61,954 nucleotides of DNA, filler included, from 7 parts of 7 records of this genome joined end to end with filler, not necessarily neighbours in it, one strand, 5' to 3'. Shown: positions 28,238 to 38,374, counted from the whole stretch's first letter. Numbers and translations: made by a program. Notes: generated by a model not told the origin, from the sequence alone.

Positions 28238-29635
28238 TTAAGATGCCGCTTTGAGCATGTCTTTTTCCTGAAGCTCCGCATAGGTCGCATCCAAGGCGGC
28301 TTTGGCCCGTGTTGCCAAAACTTCGATTTCTTCAGGGGTGATAACCAACGGCGGCGATACGATCATTCGGTCGCCCACATGGCGCATCACAAGGTTCTGG
28401 GCAAAGCAGTTCTCGCGGCAGATATAGCCCACTGCGCCCTGCTCTCCGGCAAAGGGTGCGCGGCTGCCCTTGATGGGTGCCAGTTGAATGGAGGCCATCA
28501 GGCCGGACATATTGATGGTGCCCACCAGCGGATGATCTGCCAGACTATCAAAGACAGCTTTGAGTGCTGGCGCGGCCACATTGCGGACGTGATCCAGAAT
28601 GTTCTCTTCTTCTATGATACGTAGATTCTCAAGCGCGACAGCGGCACAAACAGGGTGACCCGAATAGGTATAACCGTGGTTAAACTCACAGGCACTGATC
28701 ACAGAGGCCACTTCATCACTGACGATTGACCCGCCAATGGGCGCATAGCCGGAGCTGAGCCCCTTGGCGATGGTCATGATGTCTGGGCTGATCCCAAATG
28801 TCTGAGATCCAAACATATTGCCGGTTCGTCCAAACCCGCAGATCACCTCATCCGCGATCAACAGCACATCGTATTTTTTACAGATCCGCTGGATCTCTGG
28901 CCAATAGGTGCTGGGGGGCACAACCACACCGCCTGCACCCTGAACAGGTTCGCCAATAAAGGCCGCAACCTTATCCGCACCCAGCTCAAGGATCTTTGTT
29001 TCCAGTTCCTGCGCACAGGCCAGACCAAAGTCTTCGGGTGTTTGATCACCGCCCTCGGCCCACCAGTCAGGCTGTGCGATGTGGTGAATGCCGGGAATGG
29101 GCATGCCGCCCTGTTCATGCATGTAGGTCATGCCGCCCAGTGACCCTGACCCAACCGAGGAGCCGTGATAAGCGTTCTTGCGGCTGATTACGTGGCTTTT
29201 CTCCGGTTGGCCTTTCTGCGCCCAATAGGTCCGCACCATCCGTAGGTTGGTGTCATTGGCCTCAGAGCCGGAACCGGCGAAAAACACATGGTTTAGATCG
29301 CCGGGGGCGAGTTCGGCCAGTTTTGCGGCCAATGCGATCACCGGCACATGGGTCGTCTGGAAGAAGGTGTTGTAATACGGCAGCTCAAGCATCTGGCGGG
29401 CGGCGACCTGGCTCATCTCTTCGCGGCCATATCCGATGTTGACGCACCACAGACCCGCCATTGCATCCAGAATTTCGTGGCCCTCGCTGTCTGTGAGATA
29501 GACGCCCTTGGCCCGCGTGATGACCCGCGCGCCCTTTTTGCCGAGCGCCTCGTTCTCCGAAAATGGGTGGAGGTGATGCGCGGCATCCAATGCCTGCAAT
29601 TCATCAGTCGGAAGGTGGTTTGAGATGATAGACAT
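28238..29635 (-). CDS. Class III aminotransferase (putrescine/polyamine aminotransferase-like)
   Basis: GLWCVNIGYG, SGSEAND, LIADEVICGFGRTG, AKGLSSGYAP; adjacent to a polyamine ABC transporter. Confidence 0.88.
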   Translation of the reverse strand: MSIISNHLPTDELQALDAAHHLHPFSENEALGKKGARVITRAKGVYLTDSEGHEILDAMAGLWCVNIGYGREEMSQVAARQMLELPYYNTFFQTTHVPVIALAAKLAELAPGDLNHVFFAGSGSEANDTNLRMVRTYWAQKGQPEKSHVISRKNAYHGSSVGSGSLGGMTYMHEQGGMPIPGIHHIAQPDWWAEGGDQTPEDFGLACAQELETKILELGADKVAAFIGEPVQGAGGVVVPPSTYWPEIQRICKKYDVLLIADEVICGFGRTGNMFGSQTFGISPDIMTIAKGLSSGYAPIGGSIVSDEVASVISACEFNHGYTYSGHPVCAAVALENLRIIEEENILDHVRNVAAPALKAVFDSLADHPLVGTINMSGLMASIQLAPIKGSRAPFAGEQGAVGYICRENCFAQNLVMRHVGDRMIVSPPLVITPEEIEVLATRAKAALDATYAELQEKDMLKAAS

Positions 29636-29676
29636 GATTCTGCGCCTTTCAATATGGCCTAACGGATTGAGCGCAG

Positions 29677-29690
29677 AATATGATCAAATT
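29677..29690. promoter_or_regulatory. Putative GntR operator (upstream of the aminotransferase)
   Basis: AATATGATCAAATT, near-palindrome shared with 30498-30511. Confidence 0.6.
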
Positions 29691-29707
29691 ATCCGAAGTC
29701 AATCGAA

Positions 29708-30409
29708 TCAGTTGGCTTGCTGCCCTTCTTCAAAGGCGGCCTGTACCTGAAGCATACCCTGCTCGACGTCCTCTGCCATGGCTGCAACCGCGGCTTCGAT
29801 ATTGTTCGCGGCCAGAGCCTCAAGCAGGTCTTTGTGTTTGTCCGGCAGATTGCTGGTGCCGAACCGCCCGCAAATGACCCGCAACGAAGGTCCAAAGCGC
29901 AGCCAAAGCCTGTCAACTGTTGCGCTCATGATCGGGGCATCGGCGCCATCGTAAATCAGGCTGTGAAACCGGTAATTGTGCGTCAAATATCCGCCCACAT
30001 CCCCCAGTGCAATTGCCTGGTTAAGATCCCTGTCACACGATTGCAGCGCCGAAAGCCGATCCGGTGTCATGCGTTCTGCAGCCCTACGTGTGAGTTCACT
30101 TTCGAGGGTTTTTCTCATAAAATAAAGCTCGTTGGCGCAGCTTTCGGTCAGCTCCGGGACGCTAACGCGGCGGTTGCCTTGATGGGTAAGCGCCCCTTCA
30201 GAGATCAACCTGCGCAAGGCCTCGCGCACCGGGGTCATCCCTGCGCCCAACTGCTTGGTCAGGCCCTGGATGGTCACCGCTTGGCCGGGGGCCAGATCGC
30301 CAAAAAGAATCATCTGGCGCAGTTCTTCGTAGACATGTTGGTGCGCAGGCGTTTTTACCGATGGTTCCGCCCCGCTTTCTCTATTGGATGAAATCACGTC
30401 TGTCGCCAT
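29708..30409 (-). CDS. GntR/FadR-family regulator (FCD domain)
   Basis: GMTPVREALRRL HTH; NYRFH...H FCD motif; start re-called at 30409. Confidence 0.9.
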   Translation of the reverse strand: MATDVISSNRESGAEPSVKTPAHQHVYEELRQMILFGDLAPGQAVTIQGLTKQLGAGMTPVREALRRLISEGALTHQGNRRVSVPELTESCANELYFMRKTLESELTRRAAERMTPDRLSALQSCDRDLNQAIALGDVGGYLTHNYRFHSLIYDGADAPIMSATVDRLWLRFGPSLRVICGRFGTSNLPDKHKDLLEALAANNIEAAVAAMAEDVEQGMLQVQAAFEEGQQAN

Positions 30410-30497
30410 TTTCTGCCGCCCAAATTCTACGCTGTAACGGTACCTTGCACCAATGCGTTGTGCGTGAAACCATAAATCATCTTGCCCGAAGAGGCAA

Positions 30498-30511
30498 AAC
30501 TTGATCAAATT
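30498..30511. promoter_or_regulatory. Putative GntR operator (gntR/potF divergent region)
   Basis: AACTTGATCAAATT. Confidence 0.6.
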
Positions 30512-30555
30512 AACGTAAGGCCGGGGTCAACCCGGTCACCTGATGGGAGCTTACT

Positions 30556-31641
30556 ATGAAGAATCGAATTCTTGGCGGCGTTGCCGCGACAGCCCTGACT
30601 GCGGTCAGCGCCATGGCCGAAGAAGTACGTGTGTACAACTGGTCTGACTATATCGACGAAAGTCTGCTGGAAAAGTTCGAGACCGAAACCGGCATCGAAT
30701 TGATCTATGATGTGTTTGACAGCAACGAAGTTCTGGAAACCAAAATGCTGGCCGGTGGGTCAGGTTATGATGTTGTGGTGCCCTCCGGCACGTTCTTGCA
30801 GCGCCAGATCAGCGCAGGTGCGTTTCAGAAGCTGGATATGTCCAAGCTGTCCAACAACGGCAACCTTTGGGACGTCATCGAAGACCGTCTGAAGAAATAT
30901 GACCCCAGCAACGAATATGCGATCAACTACATGTGGGGCACCACTGGCATCGGTGTAAACATCGGCAAGGTCAAAGAAGCATTGGGTGAGGACGCGCCGG
31001 TCGGTTCGCTGTCTCTGATTTTTGATCCCGCCAACATGGAAAAACTGGCGGGTTGCGGTGTGCATTTCCTTGATGCACCAGCGGAGATGATCCCGGCAGC
31101 ACTGGCCTACATCGGTGAAGACCCCGACAGCCAGGACAAAGACGTGATCGCAAAGGCCGAGGATGTTTTGACCCCCGTCGCGCCGTTTGTGCAGAAATTC
31201 CACAGCTCCGAATATATCAACGCGCTGGCCAATGGTGATATCTGCGTCGCATTCGGTTGGTCAGGTGATATCCTTCAAGCGCGTGATCGTGCCGCAGAGG
31301 CGGAAAATGGTGTTGAGATCGAATATTACGCGCCGTCCGAAGGCGCGCTGATGTGGTTTGACAACATGGCAATCCCGGTTGACGCACCAAACCCTGATGC
31401 CGCGCATAAATTCCTGAATTTTATCATGGACGCGCAGAACATGGCTGCGGCCTCCAACTACGTCTACTACGCCAACGGCAATCTGGCGTCTCAGGAATTT
31501 CTTGAGGAAGACGTGATCGGCGATACCGCGATTTATCCAGATGCCGCGACACTGGAAAACCTTTATACAACATCGCCTTACGGGCCAAAGACCCAACGTT
31601 TGGTGACGCGTATGTGGACCAAGATCAAGTCCGGTACCTAA
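30556..31641 (+). CDS. potF: Polyamine (putrescine) ABC transporter substrate-binding protein
   Basis: VYNWSDYID, FDSNEVLE, GYDVVVPS, YMWGTTGIG, WSGD, WFDNMAIP. Confidence 0.9.
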   Translation: MKNRILGGVAATALTAVSAMAEEVRVYNWSDYIDESLLEKFETETGIELIYDVFDSNEVLETKMLAGGSGYDVVVPSGTFLQRQISAGAFQKLDMSKLSNNGNLWDVIEDRLKKYDPSNEYAINYMWGTTGIGVNIGKVKEALGEDAPVGSLSLIFDPANMEKLAGCGVHFLDAPAEMIPAALAYIGEDPDSQDKDVIAKAEDVLTPVAPFVQKFHSSEYINALANGDICVAFGWSGDILQARDRAAEAENGVEIEYYAPSEGALMWFDNMAIPVDAPNPDAAHKFLNFIMDAQNMAAASNYVYYANGNLASQEFLEEDVIGDTAIYPDAATLENLYTTSPYGPKTQRLVTRMWTKIKSGT

Positions 31642-31650
31642 AATTGATTG

Positions 31651-31679
31651 GGGCAAGGCAGCGATGCCTTGCCCTTTTT
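31651..31679 (+). terminator. Stem-loop after the SBP gene
   Basis: GGGCAAGGCA-gcga-TGCCTTGCCC-TTTTT. Confidence 0.7.
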
Positions 31680-31719
31680 ACATGCCCGATCAATTGGGCC
31701 GAGCGAAGGATTGCCAGCC

Positions 31720-32352
31720 GTGAGCCAAACCGTATTTGCGCCTTGGGATGATCCCAAAGAAAAACCCCTCATCCGCTTTCAAAATGTAACCAAGAAGTTT
31801 GGTGAATTTGTCGCGATTGACGATCTGACGCTGGATATTTTTGAACAGGAATTTTTTGCCCTGCTTGGTCCGTCCGGCTGTGGCAAAACCACGATGATGC
31901 GCATGTTGGCCGGGTTTGAAACCCCGACCGAAGGCCGGATCGAACTGGCCGGTCAAGACATCGGCCCGGTGCCGCCAAACAAGCGGGCGGTGAACATGAT
32001 GTTCCAGTCCTACGCCCTGTTTCCGCATCTTTCGATTTGGGAAAACATTGCCTTTGGCCTGCGCCGCGACCGCAAACCCAAGGACGAGATCAATGCGCGG
32101 GTTGAGGAAATGCTCAAACTCACCCGGCTTGAAAAATTTGCCCAACGCAAGCCGCATCAGATCTCTGGTGGGCAAAGGCAGCGTGTGGCACTGGCCCGGT
32201 CTTTGGCCAAGGCACCGAAATTGTTGTTGCTGGATGAACCTTTGGGCGCATTGGACAAAAAGCTGCGCCAAGACACGCAGTTTGAGCTGATGGACATTCA
32301 GGAAACCACCGGTACGACCTTTGTGATCGTGACCCACGACCAGGAAGAGGCC
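31720..32352 (+). CDS. potG: Polyamine ABC transporter ATPase, 3'-truncated
   Basis: [32 protein letters not shown]. Confidence 0.85.
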
Positions 32353-32452
32353 NNNNNNNNNNNNNNNNNNNNNNNNNNNNNNNNNNNNNNNNNNNNTTAA
32401 TTAATTAANNNNNNNNNNNNNNNNNNNNNNNNNNNNNNNNNNNNNNNNNNNN
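32353..32452. other. Artificial contig spacer
   Basis: N44-TTAATTAATTAA-N44. Confidence 0.99.
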
Positions 32453-32453
32453 C

Positions 32454-32522
32454 CCCGCCGATCTGGCAACGGGTGAAGCCGATGACTGGACGTTTCCCCC
32501 GGCACAGGAGGCCGCAGAATGA
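32454..32522 (+). CDS. 3' end of an upstream gene
   Basis: PADLATGEADDWTFPPAQEAAE*; ATGA overlap with the next start. Confidence 0.55.
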   Translation, partial: PADLATGEADDWTFPPAQEAAE

Positions 32523-33154
32523 CCTGGTCCCTGAACGAGATCGAAGCGCTGTCGCGCAAAGCCACCCGTGGCGCGGGATATTCCTGGGGTCTGGCCGAGG
32601 AAGCAGGGCGCGCCGTGCGCTGGCTGGAGGCCCGCAACCTGCCCGGTGCTGCGGCTCTGGTCGGCCATTTGCAGGTGATGGACGGGCAACCGCTGACCGC
32701 GCTGACCCCTGACCTTGAAACCTGGGCCGCCACCGGCGGCGCGGCCTGTCCGATCCTTGCGGGAACGATGCTGGCCGACGGGCTTGCGGGGGGCGACACA
32801 GACGAAATGGACTTGCCCGCAGTAAACGCCCCGCTATTGCTGCTGCCCTTCCTGTCCTGGATGGCAGAGGCGCAGGACCGCACGGTTGCGCTTGATCTGG
32901 CTGACACGGCCATCGCGCTTGGCCCTGACGGAATGCTGTACGCCTCGGGCAAAATAACAGCGCCCGGCGCGGGACCGGTGACGTTGCAGTTCGGTGCATC
33001 GCCATTAGGGGCACCGATCACCGAAGGTCTGCGATCTGCCTGCGATGCGGCCATTGTCGCCGCACTCAACACCTTCGCGCATCGCACCTATGCGCCCGCG
33101 ACCGAGGAAAGCCGCCTTGCCGGTGCGGGTGCAGGTCTGAGCGACAACGACTGA
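32519..33154 (+). CDS. DUF3726 domain protein
   Basis: WSLNEIEALSRKATRGAGYSWGLAEEAG...AHRTYAPATEESRLAGAGAGLSDND. Confidence 0.85.
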   Translation: MTWSLNEIEALSRKATRGAGYSWGLAEEAGRAVRWLEARNLPGAAALVGHLQVMDGQPLTALTPDLETWAATGGAACPILAGTMLADGLAGGDTDEMDLPAVNAPLLLLPFLSWMAEAQDRTVALDLADTAIALGPDGMLYASGKITAPGAGPVTLQFGASPLGAPITEGLRSACDAAIVAALNTFAHRTYAPATEESRLAGAGAGLSDND

Positions 33155-33242
33155 CAAGCCGCCTTGCATTGCCAATCGGGGCAGCCCGGCCTTAGGGTCG
33201 GGCCATCCCGGCCGGTCCCGGCCCTTTCTGCAGGCGCGCGTC

Positions 33243-34136
33243 ATGAAAGCCCGACTGAACCTCGACCAGTTGCATACCTTCCTTGCCGTCGTGCGCATGG
33301 GTGGTATCCGCAAGGCCGCCGAGGTTCTGAACATCACCCAACCGGCAGTCACGACCCGGATCCAGAACCTCGAAGCCTCGCTTGGAGCCGATCTGTTCGA
33401 ACGCACCGCCAATGGCGTCCGACTGACCAAACGCGGCGATCTGCTGGTGCAATATGCCGAACAGGTAGAGCAACTGGCCGAACGGGTGGGCCGCGACGTG
33501 ATGGACCCGGCAGGCGTAGAGGGGCACTTGCGCCTAGGCGTATCAGAGACCATCGCCCAATGCTGGCTGCCGGAATTCGTCGCCGCCCTGCACCGGCGCT
33601 ATCCGACGCTCGATATCGAGATCAACGTGGATATCTCGATGAACCTGCGCGCCGACCTGCTGAACCGGGAGATCGACCTTGCCATCCTGCTTGGCCCGAT
33701 CTCAGAATATTCCGTCGATAATGTGGATCTGCCCGCCTTTGACCTCGCGTGGTATTGCGCGGCCAATGCCGAAGAGCCCCCGGAAGGCGCCTCGGGGTTC
33801 CTCCTGAAACCGGTGATCACCTATGCCCGCAACACCCGACCGTTTCGGGAACTGAAGGCGGAGCTCGCCGCGCGGGTGGGGCCGCAGGTGTCGACCTTTC
33901 CCTCCTCGTCTTTGTCCGCCTGTTTCCGGCTGGTCGAAGCTGGACTGGGTGTCGCCGCCCTTCCCCGCACGCTTGGCGCGCCGATGGTCAGCGCGGATCG
34001 CATCCGGGAGTTTGACCCCGGATGGGTGCCAAGCCCGCTGCGCTTTACGGCGTCGTTTCTGGGCGAGCCGAAAAGCCATATCGTTGAAACCGCCGCCCTG
34101 ATTGCACGGGATGTGGCGCAGGATTTCGCAAAGTGA
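33243..34136 (+). CDS. LysR-family transcriptional regulator
   Basis: AAEVLNITQPAVTTRIQNLEASLGADLFER HTH. Confidence 0.93.
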   Translation: MKARLNLDQLHTFLAVVRMGGIRKAAEVLNITQPAVTTRIQNLEASLGADLFERTANGVRLTKRGDLLVQYAEQVEQLAERVGRDVMDPAGVEGHLRLGVSETIAQCWLPEFVAALHRRYPTLDIEINVDISMNLRADLLNREIDLAILLGPISEYSVDNVDLPAFDLAWYCAANAEEPPEGASGFLLKPVITYARNTRPFRELKAELAARVGPQVSTFPSSSLSACFRLVEAGLGVAALPRTLGAPMVSADRIREFDPGWVPSPLRFTASFLGEPKSHIVETAALIARDVAQDFAK

Positions 34137-34155
34137 CTTCGCCACGTGATCTCGT

Positions 34156-34180
34156 TAGTGATTAAAATATCTGATCACTA
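34156..34180. promoter_or_regulatory. LysR T-N11-A box
   Basis: TAGTGAT-N11-ATCACTA perfect inverted repeat about 70 nt upstream of the DUF1445 gene. Confidence 0.65.
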
Positions 34181-34250
34181 TTTCAAAAATCATTCAATTT
34201 GATCTTATCGGACCGGCTTTCGATACTCCCACCAACTGGAGGGACCGAAC

Positions 34251-35078
34251 TTGCAAACGACTCATGGCGTGCTGAAGGGCAAACCGCTGTCCGATCTCAG
34301 GGCCGAAATCAGGGCCGGGCGCTATGCGTCGCATACGGCCGGTCTAGGTGGCGGCTATCTGCAAGCCAATCTGGCGATCATGCCTCAGGAATTCGCGCTC
34401 GACTTCATGCGGTTTTGCCAGCGCAACCCCAAGCCCTGCCCGCTGGTCGGCGTCACTGATACGGGCAACCCGATCCTGTCCACTCTTGGGGCGGGGCTTG
34501 ACCTGCGCAGCGACGTGCCCGCCTACAACATCTATCGCGACGGGCGGCTCGATGGCTCTGCCACCGATATTTCAGATATCTGGACGGATGATCTGGTGGG
34601 CTTCGCGCTTGGCTGTTCCTTCACCTTCGAACAGGCGCTTCAGGCCGAAGGCATCGCGATGTGGCATATCGACAATGACCGCACCGTGCCGATGTTCCGG
34701 TCCAATATCCAAACCGTGCCCGCCGGGCCGTTTGGCGGGGCGATGGTCGTCAGCATGCGCGCAATCCCACAGGATCAACTTGACCTGGCCATCGAAGTTT
34801 CTGGCCGCTACCCGCTTGGCCATGGCGCACCCGTCCATTGGGGCGATCCCGCAGAGATCGGCATCGCGGATGTGGCCCGCCCCGAATGGGGCGACCCTGC
34901 CCCGGTGCCGCCCGGTCATATCCCTACCTTCTGGGCCTGCGGGGTGACGCCGCAAGTGGCCGTCACACGCGCGAAACTGCCGCTCTGCATCACCCACAAA
35001 CCGGGCCACATGCTGATCACCGATGTGCCGGATGACGCGGAATTCCCGGTGATTTTCCAACACAAAACAAACAGCTAA
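34251..35078 (+). CDS. Putative hydro-lyase (DUF1445 / D-glutamate cyclase family)
   Basis: FCQRNPKPCPL, DLRSDVPAY, GCSFTFE, FWACGVTPQ, ITHKPGHMLITD; TTG start behind GGAGG. Confidence 0.9.
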   Translation: MQTTHGVLKGKPLSDLRAEIRAGRYASHTAGLGGGYLQANLAIMPQEFALDFMRFCQRNPKPCPLVGVTDTGNPILSTLGAGLDLRSDVPAYNIYRDGRLDGSATDISDIWTDDLVGFALGCSFTFEQALQAEGIAMWHIDNDRTVPMFRSNIQTVPAGPFGGAMVVSMRAIPQDQLDLAIEVSGRYPLGHGAPVHWGDPAEIGIADVARPEWGDPAPVPPGHIPTFWACGVTPQVAVTRAKLPLCITHKPGHMLITDVPDDAEFPVIFQHKTNS

Positions 35079-35099
35079 CATCCAACAAGGAGAAACGAG

Positions 35100-36134
35100 A
35101 TGAAAAAGACAATCGCCATCGCCGCCGCCGTTCTGGCCGCGACCCCGGCCCTTGCCGAGGATCTGTCGGTCGTCGGCAGTTGGTCCAGCCTGCCGCTGCA
35201 CAACCAGTTCGAAGCCCCCTTCTGGACCGAAACCCTGCCGGCTGCATCGGGCGGGAACATCAACGTGGCGCTGACCACCCATAACCAGATGAACCTTGGT
35301 GTGGGTGACGTCTATCGCCTGCTTGGAGACGGGGTTTATGACGTCGCCATGACCGTCGCCGACTATGCCGTTGCCGACGCACCGGAGTTGGAAGGTCTGG
35401 ACGTTCCGCTGCTGGCAATGACGGCAGATGAGGCGCGCGCCATGGTCGACGCGGCCCGCCCGATGGTCGAGGACATCTTCAACGCCCGCTTCAACAGCCA
35501 CGTACTTGCCATCGCGCCCTACCCGCCGCAGGTCGTGTTCTGTAATGCCGAGATCAACAGCCTCGATGACCTCGCTGGCCTGCAAATCCGCGCGTCTGGC
35601 CGTATGACCGCGAAATTCCTTGAGGCGCTTGGTGCGGAAGGCGTCAATGTCTCGTTCTCCGAAGTGCCGGGCGCATTGCAGCGGGGCGTGGTGGATTGTG
35701 CCGTAACCGGCGCAGGATCCGGTTATTCCGCCGGCTGGTGGGAGGTTTCCACCCATCTGCTGCCGATCCCGCTTGGTGGTTGGGATTCCGTCGTGACCGC
35801 GATCAATCTTGACCGCTGGAACGCCATGGATGCCGACACGCAGGCGTTGATTGAATCCGAGATCGCCACCGGTTTCGAAGATCCGGCATGGGCCGTCGCG
35901 CAGGACGCTTTGGTCAATGACATCGCCTGCCTGACCGGCAATGGCGAATGCCCGGCGGGCGAGGCGCGTGACATGGTGCTTGTCGAAGTGTCGGACGCCG
36001 ATTTCGACCGGGCCCGTGACATTCTGGTGACCGAGGTTCTGCCCGAATGGGCCGAGCGCGCGGGCAGCGAATGGGCCACCCGCTGGAACGAAAGCGTCGG
36101 CGCGACCGTCGGCGTGACGGTTCCCGTCAACTGA
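35100..36134 (+). CDS. dctP: TRAP transporter solute-binding protein
   Basis: Signal peptide; DDLAGLQIR, FSEVPGALQRGVVD. Confidence 0.88.
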   Translation: MKKTIAIAAAVLAATPALAEDLSVVGSWSSLPLHNQFEAPFWTETLPAASGGNINVALTTHNQMNLGVGDVYRLLGDGVYDVAMTVADYAVADAPELEGLDVPLLAMTADEARAMVDAARPMVEDIFNARFNSHVLAIAPYPPQVVFCNAEINSLDDLAGLQIRASGRMTAKFLEALGAEGVNVSFSEVPGALQRGVVDCAVTGAGSGYSAGWWEVSTHLLPIPLGGWDSVVTAINLDRWNAMDADTQALIESEIATGFEDPAWAVAQDALVNDIACLTGNGECPAGEARDMVLVEVSDADFDRARDILVTEVLPEWAERAGSEWATRWNESVGATVGVTVPVN

Positions 36135-36162
36135 TCCCGGACCTCTGAAGGAGCGCCCCCAG

Positions 36163-36711
36163 ATGGCTCAGTCCATACTCTCCCTCCTGCGCCGCCTCAA
36201 CCGGTGGGTGGCCTTGGCAATCGGCCTTGTGCTGTTCCTCTGCGCGATATTCGTGCTGCTGGATGTGGGCCTGCGCAAACTGGGGGCGTCCTTCGGCGGC
36301 ACCGATGAGATCAGCGGATATGTCATGGCCATCGTGACATCCTGGGGCATGGGATATGCCCTGCTGGAACTGGCCCATGTCCGCATCGACATTCTCCGGG
36401 GGCGCGTCGGCGCCCTTGGACGGTCTTTGTTCGACCTCTTTGCCATGCTGACCATGGCGGGCACCGTGACGCTGATCGCACTGCGCTGCTGGCCGGTTCT
36501 GGACAGGTCCATATCCAACATGTCCCGCGCCAACACGCCGCTGGAAACGCCGTTGTGGCTGGTGCAGGGGCCGTGGTTTGCGGGCTGGGTCTGGTTCGCC
36601 ATCGTGTCATGGCTGACCTTTCTGGCCGCGCTACTGCTGGTTGCAAAGGGTGAATTCAGCCAATCCGAGGCCGCCATCGGGGCCTTTGGCGAAGAGGATG
36701 CGGTTCTATGA
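36163..36711 (+). CDS. dctQ: TRAP transporter small permease
   Basis: Four TM segments; DEISGY, HVRIDIL. Confidence 0.88.
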   Translation: MAQSILSLLRRLNRWVALAIGLVLFLCAIFVLLDVGLRKLGASFGGTDEISGYVMAIVTSWGMGYALLELAHVRIDILRGRVGALGRSLFDLFAMLTMAGTVTLIALRCWPVLDRSISNMSRANTPLETPLWLVQGPWFAGWVWFAIVSWLTFLAALLLVAKGEFSQSEAAIGAFGEEDAVL

Positions 36712-37718
36712 TCACCTATGTCTCGATCGGCCTGCTGGCCATGCTGTCGCTGTCGATCCCAGTGGGTATCGTGCTGTTCCTGTTGGGTTTTGGCACCGAC
36801 ATCTTCTTCAGCCCCTTCCCGCTGATGCGCGGGCTTGGCAACCTTGTCTGGTCCACCTCCAACAACGCCACGCTTATCGCGATCCCCTTCTTCGTGCTGC
36901 TTGGAGAGATCCTCGTGCGCAGCGGGATTGCCGCCCGCACCTATGCAGCGCTCGACCGGTGGGTGTCGTGGATGCCTGGCGGTCTGGTTCATGCCAATGT
37001 GGCGACGGCCACCATGTTCTCGGCCACCTCCGGCTCGTCCGTTGCCACCGCCGCGACCGTGGCCACCGTCGCCATGCCGCAGGCCGAAAAACTGGGTTAT
37101 GACCCCAAGCTCTTCTCTGGTGCCATCGCGGCGGGCGGCACGCTTGGCATCATGATCCCGCCCTCGATCAACCTCATCGTCTATGGCTTCCTGACGCAGA
37201 CCTCTATCCCGCAGCTGTTCCTTGCGGGGCTGATGCCCGGCATCCTGCTGGCGCTTGGCTTTCTTGCGATCACCGCGATCATCTGCACCATCCGGCCAGA
37301 GCTTGGCGGTCAACGCCGCGTCTTTCCCTTCCCCGAGATGATGCGCGCGCTGCTGCAACTGATACCCATCGTGTTGCTCTTCACCATCATCATCGGATCC
37401 ATCTACAAAGGATGGGCTACCCCGACAGAGGCCGCCGCCGTCGGCGTCGCCGGTGCCCTGCTGATCGCCTCGACCTTCAGCCGCATTACCCTGTCGATGC
37501 TGGCCGAAGCCGTGATGGGCACCGTCAAGATCACGTCGATGATCATGCTCGTTGTGATCGGCGCATCCTTCCTGAACTTCACGCTGGCCTCTGCGGGCCT
37601 TGGGGCAGAACTGTCCGGCTTCCTTGACGGGCTTGGCCTGTCGCCGCTGATGACCATCCTTGTCGTGGTCTGCATCTACATCGTGCTTGGTTTCTTCATC
37701 GAGACCCTGTCGCTGATG
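36708..37718 (+). CDS. dctM: TRAP transporter large permease, 3'-truncated
   Basis: AIPFFVLLGE, SGSSVATAA, GGTLGIMIPPS, TPTEAAA. Confidence 0.9.
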
Positions 37719-37818
37719 NNNNNNNNNNNNNNNNNNNNNNNNNNNNNNNNNNNNNNNNNNNNTTAATTAATTAANNNNNNNNNNNNNNNNNNNNNNNNNN
37801 NNNNNNNNNNNNNNNNNN
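37719..37818. other. Artificial contig spacer
   Basis: N44-TTAATTAATTAA-N44. Confidence 0.99.
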
Positions 37819-38067
37819 CGGATAGCACTGGTGGCCGACGTCCCAGATGAGCTTGTCTTCCGGCGTGTTGAACACGTAGTGCAGCGCGACCGTAAGTTCC
37901 ACGACACCGAGCCCGGCGCCCAAGTGTCCGCCAGTAATCGACACGGCGTCAATCGTTTCCGCACGCAACTCTTCGGCGAGCTGCTTGAGTTCGCTTTCAT
38001 CGAGCAGGCGCAGATCGGCCGGGGACTTAACCTTGTCAAGAAGCGGGGTATCGGGCTTGGAAGTCAC
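37819..38067 (-). CDS. dxs: 1-deoxy-D-xylulose-5-phosphate synthase, 3'-truncated
   Basis: [14 protein letters not shown]...[38 protein letters not shown]. Confidence 0.95.
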
Positions 38068-38259
38068 TCTGGAGATAGCTCCACGATTTGAAACATGGCG
38101 GGCAGGCATACACCAACCGGATATAGGGCGCAAATCGGGCAGGGGGTATGCGCCAAATTGGCCTCATGATTTCGGTCGAAAATTTACCCCGCCTTTGCCT
38201 CAAAAGACTTAAGACGGTGTTTGGCAGAAACCGTGCAATTTTTAGTGAAAATACGCGCA

Positions 38260-38277
38260 ATCACCCCATTGGGTGAT
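38260..38277. promoter_or_regulatory. Lux-box-like inverted repeat
   Basis: ATCACCC-catt-GGGTGAT, centred about 42 nt upstream of the sRNA candidate. Confidence 0.55.
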
Positions 38278-38310
38278 GCAAAGCATTTGGAACTGGCCTA
38301 GGGAATGGGT

Positions 38311-38374
38311 GTGGTCGATGGGGCCACGTGCACAGTGATCAACTGGGAGTCGTAATCCACGGCTCCATTTTTTT
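38311..38374 (+). ncRNA. Candidate small RNA (three hairpins, intrinsic terminator)
   Basis: GUGGUC-gaug-GGCCAC; CAGU-gauca-ACUG; GGAGUCGU-aaucc-ACGGCUCC then A and a U-tract. No + strand gene upstream explains the terminator. Confidence 0.5.

Noticed and set aside
34572-37358. 394-aa and 396-aa minus-strand ORFs
   Set aside because: Antisense shadows of DUF1445/dctPQM.
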